Assembly: GCF_009914755.1 (NCBI RefSeq)
Contig: NC_060932.1
Direction: 5' to 3' (one strand)
Origin: the human T2T-CHM13v2.0 reference genome, Homo sapiens
DNA: 64,000 nucleotides
Numbering within the stretch: the stretch's first letter is position 1; each line of letters begins with the position of its first letter. Under the pieces are notes generated by a model. It had not been told where the DNA came from and made no database searches. It saw only the letters and a program-made list of their open reading frames with translations. The position numbers and the translations under genes are program-made. Positions 55,770 through 64,000 of the stretch are shown here, piece by piece.

Positions 55770-56447
55770 GTTGTGTCAGCTTAACAAGTCTTCCCTTCTT
55801 CTGTGAAAAACTTCCCTCTATTCCAACTGTAATGTTCTAGTGAGGGTATCTTTCCTTCCTGGCCACTGTGACCACAGAGGTATAGACACTGGATTAAAGT
55901 TAAGCTAATCAGATTTCTCCCTACCATGGGGAACTTAAGAAACAGAAAGAAGACATCCCAAATGTTTTCTAATTGTGAAGCAGGGACATGTGAGCTTGGA
56001 AGTTAGTGATGGCCATGTTTTTCGCTGATGGCCATGTTTTTCGCTAAGTGGGAAAGACACTCTGAAAGATTAAAGGAGAAGAACAGAGAAAACTGGAAAG
56101 AAAAGTAGTAACAGCAGTGGTATTGGTGGTGATACCAGGAACCATGCTAAATGCATTATCTCATTTATCGCTTCTGCTAACCCTATGAAGTAATAAACGT
56201 AAAAACAAGTAACACATATTGGGCACTTACTATGTTCCAGGTGATGTTGTAATAGCTTTACATAGAGAAAAGGAAGGAGGGAAAAAGATGAAAAATTAAT
56301 TATTGATTTCCAATATTTAAATCTTATTTATATTCACTCTTGAAATTTGCACTTCTCAAATTTTGTCAAGAGAGCTAATAAATATTGTTTTTGCTTAAAC
56401 AAATTGATTGTGTCACTTGCAAACCCAAGATCCCTGACTAATGCAGT
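55770..56447 (+). mobile_element. Old MaLR LTR (MLT1K/L-like) containing duplication C copy 2
   Basis: 3' end gagctaataaatattgtttttgcttaa...tgtcacttgcaaacccaagatccctgactaatgca; 5' half gctaatcagatttctccct. Confidence 0.65.
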
Positions 56448-57073
56448 GTCTAACACTGACACACATGGGTTGAGGGGAGGATATGAGTTCCTCACCTCCA
56501 GACATATTCAATAAGGGCCTGGATGATGATAATAAGAGACAGATTTCATTAAGGTGACTTTACATTGAGTTAGAGGTCCTCATCAAATCTATACTCTGTG
56601 AGAGATTCAAGAGAGTCAATATCATGTTCCTTATTTGTGCTTTAGTTACTTTTGCATGGGTTATTTGCTTCACTATTTCTCCAGCTCCATTAATATGCAA
56701 TGTAATATACTGATGGCCCATGGACAAGATCTGCTGGGTGGATTTCACAATCACTCTGATAAAAAATATAAGGTGGCAAGGGAATATACCTGTTTCCAGG
56801 CCAAACCACAACATAGTGTACAGTCAGAATTGCAATTTGGGGACACAGCCAGAGAGACTCAAGGACACTACTCAATTGCAGACTAGGCAAACCTTAATAT
56901 ACTGTGGCCTACACAGGGGGCCCAAGAGTGGTCACCTAACTTTCCTAAGGAATCTGGACCTCAGGGAAGTTGTGATTAATTAATAAAGAACTCCATATTG
57001 TATATTTCCTTGTTGTCTGCATCCATCCTATCATCTAAGTCCAGCATGGACCCTCCTTGGCAGCAACCCACTT

Positions 57074-57216
57074 ATTTATTTATTTATTATTATTTTATAG
57101 AGACGGTGTCTTGCCATGTTGCCTAGGCTGGTCTTGAACTCCTGGGCTCAAGCAATCCTCCACCCTCAGCCTCCCAAAGTGCAAGGATTACAGGCATGAG
57201 CCACCTTGCCCAGCCC
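57074..57216 (-). mobile_element. FLAM / free left Alu monomer
   Basis: Single antisense monomer; TSD caacccactt at 57064-57073 and 57217-57226. Confidence 0.92.
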
Positions 57217-58370
57217 CAACCCACTTTAGCTAAGGAGGCATTTCTGACATCTTATAGCTGTTGTTAATAACAACAAGGACTGAAAGAATTTCCATCCAGG
57301 CCAGAGACAAAGTTCTGAAGTTCTCCTATTCTCCACAGAGATAATAACATACATGTATTATAGGACATACATGAGCTAAACAGTTTGTGGTTTATCTTTC
57401 CTTTTACTTGAAATACCTTCAGAGGGCAAAGCAAGTGGGTGAACACTGCTGGCAGAGTTCACGATCAACCTAGAAATGTCCAAGCATTCTACCCTTTATA
57501 AATGTTTAGGAAACTCTCACTGGTCTCTACTTTCTGAAATTAGGTTGATGGTTTGCTTTGAATACTTTTCTGATACATGAGTCCACTCTTTCCTTAAATT
57601 AGCATACTTCTTGATAACTGAAGAATAAAAAAAATCACAATGAACAAAGTATGCGTGTTTGAAAGTGGCATTACAGTACTGAAGTGGCCACAGCAGCCAT
57701 AACTGTTGGAAGGATTGGAGCTGAAACTTCTCAGTTCTCAGGAAGCGCAATACATCAATGTCCACCTGAGCCTGGCACTCCTAAAAAGATCCAGCCCTTG
57801 GATCATCATCAAGAAGTTCCTGTTCTACCAAATAGGATGAGCTCCAATGACTTCCTGTGGCCCAAGACGAACTTCATAGCCTTTCATTCTGAACCACTCC
57901 GTTAAATTCTTATTTGGTTGGCCCTCTAGTGTTCCCCACAAGCCTAGAGTCTCCTTGAGAGAAGGCCTATGTCTTCACTCATCTCTAAATGTGAGGATCC
58001 TCTCCAGCCCTTGACAGGTGTCCATCATTTGATTTTCAACTCAAGCACAGTGTCAAGGGATTCAAACTTAACCAGGACCTATGTCTAGAGTGTACTAAAA
58101 AGCAGCCATTTCTGTAAAGGGCCAGATGATAAATAACTTAAGTTTTGTTGGCCATACAGTCTCTGTCACAAATACTCAATCTGCCATAGACTACATAAAC
58201 AAATGAGAATGGCCATGTTTTAACAGAATTTTATGAACACAGTATTGAAGTTTGATATTGAATTTGATATAATTTTTACATGTCACAAAAAATTATTTAA
58301 AATTTTTTCAATCATTTGGTAATGCCTGAAAACATGCTTAGCTCACAAGCTATACAAACACAGGTGGTAG

Positions 58371-59503
58371 ACTTTGGTTTCTGGTTCTGTAAATAAAGAT
58401 CATGGTATTTGTCACTCCTGTCCTCACAATAAGAAACAAGCCAAAAAAAAAAAAAAAACCCTGAAAATCAACAATTCTTAGGTCTATCAGAGAAGTGAGG
58501 TTACAGATCAAATCACCACTGCTAAAACCGAAGAGGGGGTAGATACAAAGAATTATATCTTACTTGGGGCAGAAATCTCACTGGAGCCAACATTGGGTAG
58601 ACATATTTAAAGGATAATTTACTAATTACTGGAGACCGAGCCTGGCCTAGCTTCAGAAATTAAAAACTCCTGGAGACCCAGCCTGAGGGAGGTGGGTGAG
58701 GCACATTTGTATGAGTTTTACCTGCTGAAGCTTAACCAGGTTTGCACTGTAAAGGTCAAAGAAAAATCCCCTCATCCTTCCTGCAGGGGAGGGGAAAAGT
58801 AACCATTTTTAAATACACCCAGACTGTTCTGTTCTCCTTAACACGACCTGTCTTTGAGGGAGACTATTTTACCAGAGCCTAACCTAGTAAGATTTTATCA
58901 GAAAGAGCCCATCTGACCTGGAAAAAGGGAAATACCCAACTCCAGCCCCATCTAGCCTTCCTGTCTCATTTACTAAGGGGTGAAAAAAACCCTGAAGACC
59001 TTGTGAATAATTTTATATAGTAAAATTTATTGATATTTAAAATTTTTTCTGCATGAAAAAATACCGTAAACAAAGTCAAAAGACAAATAGGAAACAGATT
59101 TACAACTAACAAGAGGCTAATTTCTTAAAACTATAAAGAACACACGCAAAAGTTAAGCAGTCCGACAGAAAAATGAGCAAAGACTATACACAAGGAAAGG
59201 AATTAAAAGGTTCTTAAATCTATAATGATGGAGTCATTAAAGACTGAGAGCAAATCATAGGGTTATTGGGTGCTTCCCCATTACCACCACCTCCATTTTA
59301 GCGCCATATCAATAGGATTCCCGTATAACAGAGGATGATAGCTGAAAAGAACTGCAAGGCTCAGATTCTATTTATAAAGGAGTCTCCAGGGAAACCCAAG
59401 ACAACAGGGACCCCCTAAAAACAAGGACACCAGCAGAAATTTTAGCCTCTGACACCTACAGTTACAGCAAACAATAAACACAGACTAACTTCTAGGCAAA
59501 TAA
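58371..59503 (+). mobile_element. Old L1 5' end only (L1MDa/L1MCa-like)
   Basis: gtcactcctgtcctcacaataagaaa...ctgaaaatcaacaattctta...ggggaggggaaaagtaaccattttt...gggaaatacccaactccagccc...gaaattttagcctctgacacctacag resembles L1MD/MC 5' consensus. Confidence 0.8.
59037..59229 (+). repeat. Local direct duplication D, inferred acceptor (partner about 61731-61920)
   Basis: Shared aattttttctgcatgaaaaa, taaacaaagt, ggaaaca, caactaa.aagaggctaatttc, aactataaaga, gaaaaatg.gcaaaga.tata, cttaaat. Confidence 0.8.
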
Positions 59504-59804
59504 ACAAACAAGAGATGGTAAGCTGGAATTGACCCACAAGCCATAGTTAACTCCTATGTTAGCAGCTCCGAGCATTCAACACTAATCTCTATAGTTGCAA
59601 ATAGGAAGCTCCGGCTCAAATGGAAAAATTGATCTAGACTTTGCCCAGAAGGGAGAATAATGGGTGGTCTGTAGACATACATACCTAACCACAGTTCTTT
59701 TATTTTTGATCATTTAAAATTATTCTATAGCACATAAAATTGAAAAAGAAAAAGAGAAAACTTGGAACACATTGTATTACCCAAATGTATCAAGTATTTT
59801 TAAT
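59424..59804 (+). repeat. Local direct duplication B, inferred donor
   Basis: Collinear with 38596-38996; spans the L1 end, the MER58 tail and unique sequence. Confidence 0.95.
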
Positions 59805-61009
59805 AGGAGAGATCTCTTCCGCACCTTGACCATATACATATGGGGTGATCATCAGGTAGATGCCAGCTGGAAGAAAACTGCTTTTTTCAGTCATCACTTC
59901 CCAGACATTTTCTTACACTATGGTACAAGTTCTACGATTATAACATTGAATAGATATAGGATACTTGATGGGGCACCCAGAGACTTTTAATAGAAGTGTT
60001 TCTTTTTTATTAAAATAGTAACTCAGACTAAGATGCAGGATTCACATCAAGGCTGGGTTCCAGCAGTCTGTGTATTTCAGCTCATGGATTTCTAGTTCTT
60101 AATAAAAATAAAGCCACTGGAAGAGGGCCAATATGATTCTTTACCAAAAATGTCTCTGATACATTTTCAAGAACAACCTGTTTTTCTTAACTTCTCAGTT
60201 TTCCATTTCTGGTGGGGCAATACCCACGTTTAGAAGCCACCATTGCAATGAATTCCAGAGGACTGAATTTGATTACTCATTATGCCCTGGCTTTCCTTTA
60301 AAGATTTATTACAGTATATTTCAAGACGCACATAAAAGAGCACTAATAGCACCAGCTGGCACGGGGCATGAGACACACCAGCATTTTTATAAATGTCCTC
60401 CCTGTCACTACAGCTCTATTCACTGACAAAGGCCCTGCTGTTTTCAACCAACTGCAGGTCCAGCAAATTGCACTTAAATAGGGTGGCGGTTCTGCAAAGC
60501 AGGCAAAATGTTTACCAGGATGAGACCAGCCAGGAAACCCATTTCCTTTATCCTCTAATCAGAATGAAAAGCAGGACTGGGGCCATGAAAGGCTGTGCAT
60601 TAGGACCTGATCCCTGTGCTGTCATCTCTTGTTACCTGATGAAAGAAGGGGATTGTTTGGGTTCGGAGGGTAGGGGAAAAGCTTCTCCTTGATTTTGCAA
60701 TCCAGCTGCTATTCATTCATAGGCTCGTTGCCAACATGTTACTTTGCCATATGTGCCATTCATACTCTAGATTACAAATGCATGGTGCTTTGGGGCCTTA
60801 TTGATTTAACAAGTAAATTTTATTAATATCTTGCCTCCATACCTCTGTAAAACCTAAGGCTATGGTCTTTGGGAACAGGTACCTTGTTTATTCTTGTTTA
60901 TACCCCAGAATCCAGTACAGTGTTTAGTATACAGCGTGCACTCAATAAATGCTTGCCGAAAGAAAAAAAATACTAGGCAATGGAATTGCATCCAAATAGA
61001 GTAACAACA

Positions 61010-61225
61010 AAATAACTAATATTTATCGAAAACTTAAACTTTCAAAAAATGCATAGAACTTTAAGACTTTTAAGAGTGCCTGTCAAGAATCCTATGTAGT
61101 AGGTAGTATTACTATCTCCATTTTAAAGATGGGGAAGCTGAGGCTCAGAGGTTCATAGCCAGGCACAGAATTGGATCTGAACTAGCCTTTCTGACTCACA
61201 AGCTCAGTCTCTCACCACTATACTG
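61010..61225 (-). mobile_element. MIR SINE
   Basis: aggtagtattactatctccattttaaagatggggaagctgaggctcagagg. Confidence 0.75.
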
Positions 61226-61639
61226 AACTATCTCAAAAAACTTCTTCCTCTAGAACAATTTATATGATTTCCATTAAATTTCTTTTGCTATTTATTAATA
61301 GATATCATGAATCTTATATATCGCATTACTATATGTGCTTATTTTCCAAGAACTGCCTGGTAATGATGCCCATTGTGAAAAGTAAATTTCTTCTTGGAAA
61401 GTAGATAGAGGACTGCAGAAATAAGAAATACAGGCTTCCTGGAATACTCTTAAAAATGGTTAGCTTACCAAACCCTGAAGAAAACTACAACAAGGGGTTG
61501 ATTTCATTGTTAGACTAATTGTTAAAATGTTCTTTCTTCCAGGAGAAGCTGAAATTGGCTTCCTTGTAGCTTGTAGTTACACTGGTCTTTGTGCTACCCT
61601 TTGGAAAAACAAAACTAACTAGGAAAAAATTGACCTATT

Positions 61640-62735
61640 AAAACAATCTTAATGTGAGATATTAAACTTTCTACATATGACGTAAAATCTGCATGCCATT
61701 TAAAAGTCAATAAACTTGACTACATAACAGTTAAAAAATTTTTTCTGCATGAAAAATACCATAAACAAAGTAAAAACCAAATGGGAAACATTTGCAACTA
61801 ATAAGAGGCTAATTTCCTTAAACTATAAAGACAACCTATAAGAATTAACCAACCCAAGAGAAAAATGGGCAAAGAATATAAATAGAAATTTTTTTTAGCT
61901 CTTAAATTTACAATATGATACTCAACCTATGATTTTTTTTTGTTTATTATGTGAGCAAACACCAAAATATTTGTTTGTTTTATAGAGATGGGGTCTTGCT
62001 ATGTTGTCCAGGCTGGTCTTGAACTCCTGGGGTCAAACGATTCTCCTGCCTTGGCCTTCCAAAGAAGACCAAGTGTTTGGTCACACAATGTAATGAGCAA
62101 AAATATATCATCAGAACACTGTTAGTGGAGTAAAAACTGCCATAATACTTATGGAGAGTAATTTGGCAATGTTCTCAAAGTCATAAGGTCAAATGCCTTT
62201 TGACTCAGAATAAATTCTAATTCTTGGAGTACTTTTACACAAACACAAAATGACATATTTCCAAGGTTATTCATTATAGTCTTACTTATAGCGCAAAATA
62301 TTGGACTCTACAAAATGTTCAGCCAAATAAATTATGGTATATACAGTTCATCAAGAGAATAAATAATGGTATATCCATGCAATGATATACTAGCCAGCTG
62401 TTAAAAACAATGAGGCAGCTTCTCAAGTATGACTTGGAAAGATATCCAAGAAATACTCTTAAGTGAAATATTCCATGTGCAGAGAAGTATGTCTGATACG
62501 GTCTCATTTGCTTAAAAAAATAAACTAGATTACATACCCATATATGCATTATAAGCAGTGACTTTATCCAGAAGTCTACACAAAATTTAAATAGTGGGTA
62601 GTCACAGTGGTTACTTCTAAAGACAGGGGCTGAATAACTGAGAGCCAAGGGTGAAGAAAAAATTACTTTTTAGTTGTTTTTTCTTTTGCCCCTGTTGATT
62701 TTTCTAATGTTTGTATTACCAGTCAAATAAATTAA
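61640..62735 (+). mobile_element. L1ME-like 3' fragment containing an antisense Alu-monomer fragment (about 61975-62063)
   Basis: aaaatgggcaaagaatat...atggagagtaatttggcaat...aaataaataatggtatatccatgcaatg...gaaagatatccaagaaatactcttaagtgaaa. Confidence 0.75.
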
Positions 62736-63088
62736 TAAATACCCTTCAGTAATCCCTAGCCATTTTCAATTGCCCTACTTTCTAAATTCAACCTCTCAGA
62801 GAATATATAACAGATAAAACTCACAAAGGAAAGCTCCATCAGTTACTTTAGGACCCCACCCCAGGCCCTGCTCAGCTGAAGTAAACCCACTAGACATAAA
62901 ATTATTAAATACATAAGTGTAGACTTTAATAAGTGATGCAAGAAGTTCCCATCCAAGAAAACCATCAATCATTTTGACAGATTCTTTGTTGCCTCCCTAA
63001 TATCAATTCTCTCTTTCTTCACAAACATTAGAAACTCTATTTTATATGGAGTGGCTATTTTATATTCCAGTTTAAAAAAAAACTCACA

Positions 63089-63400
63089 GCTGGGGGCAGT
63101 GGCTCATGCCTGTAATCCTAGCACTCCAGGAGGCCGAGGTGGGCGGATCACCTGAGGTCAGGAGTTTGAGACCAGCCTGACCAACAAGGTGAAACCCCAT
63201 CACTACTAAAAATAAAAATTTAGCCGGGCATGGCAGCAGGCACCTGTAGTCCCAGCTACTCAGGAAACTGAGGCATGAGATTTGCTTGGACCTGGGAGGC
63301 GGAGCTTGCAGTGAGCCAAGATCCTGCCATGGCACTCCAGCCTGGGTGACAGATCAAGACTCTGTCTCAAAAACAAAACAAAACCAAACCAAAAAAACTG
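63089..63400 (+). mobile_element. AluSx-like, full length
   Basis: ggcggatcacctgaggtcaggag; TSD aaaaactcaca at 63078-63088 and 63401-63411. Confidence 0.95.
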
Positions 63401-63566
63401 AAAAACTCACATTTCTCTGTCTTCCTTATAGGGAGTAATGGATGGTATAAGAGATAAGTAGAATTTGTGGGTAGGGATTCCAGGAGAGTTTTTGAAGAGA
63501 GATAAGTGAAGTGGAAGAAATGTCCTTGACTGTTGCCCTTCCTCTTCCTATAACGTAGACTGTGGT

Positions 63567-63942
63567 TGTCTGAGTCCATTTTGTGCTTCTGTAAAAGTAT
63601 ATCACACGCTGGGTGACTTTTAAGAAAGGACACTTATTTTTCATGGTTCTGGAGGTTGAGAAGTCCAATATCAAGGTGCTGGCATCTGGTGAGGGCCTTT
63701 TTGCTGCATCATCCTATGGTGGGAGGCAGACAGGCAAAAAATGCATGCATGCAAGAGAGCAAGAAATGGAACTCACAGCCTCGAGCCCTTTAATAATTGG
63801 CATTAATGCATTTATGAGGATGAAGCCCTCATGACCTAAACACTACCCACTAGGTCCCACCTCCCAACACTGTTGCACTGGGTATTAAGTTTACAAAACA
63901 CATTTTTTTTCTTTTTTTAAGGAGCACATTCAAGTCACAGCA
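63567..63942 (-). mobile_element. MaLR solo LTR (MSTB/MSTD-like)
   Basis: tgtctgagtccatttt...ggttctggaggttgagaagtccaatatcaaggtgctggcatctggtgagggcc...cacattcaagtcacagca; TSD gtggt/gtggc. Confidence 0.88.
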
Positions 63943-64000
63943 GTGGCCATGATAGCTAGAGTTTCAGAAGCCATTCTGTGACCTGGAGCATGGAAAGAAA

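Larger units (their letters stand above)
58098..59555. mobile_element. MER58B-like element split by an L1 (pieces about 58098-58370 and 59504-59555)
   Basis: tttctgtaaagggccagat...ggccatacagtctctgtcaca...tagctcacaagctatacaaacacaggtgg; terminus gctggaattgacccacaagccatagtt resumes after the L1. Confidence 0.7.
62985..64000 (+). mobile_element. Old MaLR LTR (MLT1J-like) interrupted by an Alu and an MST LTR; runs off the window
   Basis: tgcctccctaatatcaattctctctttcttc...agaaactctattttat... and ...gatagctagagtttcagaagccattctgtgacc. Confidence 0.6.

Overview
Primate (most likely human or great-ape) non-coding genomic DNA: AT-rich, CpG-depleted, no CpG island, and no protein-coding, rRNA, tRNA or CRISPR feature that I can support. 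The listed ORFs are Alu/L1/LTR read-throughs or chance frames. I cannot place the locus from sequence alone; it reads as intergenic or a large intron. Much of it is interspersed repeat: 17 Alu/FLAM copies (many with readable target-site duplications), L1PA/L1PB-MA/L1MD/L1ME pieces, MaLR and ERVL LTRs, MER58/Tigger2a/MADE1 DNA elements, and many MIR/L2/L3 relics. Subfamily names come from recalled consensus sequences and need RepeatMasker/Dfam confirmation. I found no evidence of a new gene system. The most unusual signal is five short (53-400 bp), diverged, same-orientation local copies whose donors lie 0.9-21 kb away. Several carry repeat junctions and split an unrelated element at the acceptor site, which looks like a fossil record of templated-insertion repair. 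Also notable: small fold-back duplications, a 5'-only L1 bounded by an apparent TSD, a perfect 15-bp inverted repeat carrying a composite M-box/CRE-like motif, a dense GATA cluster, and a GNRA-capped hairpin in unique sequence.
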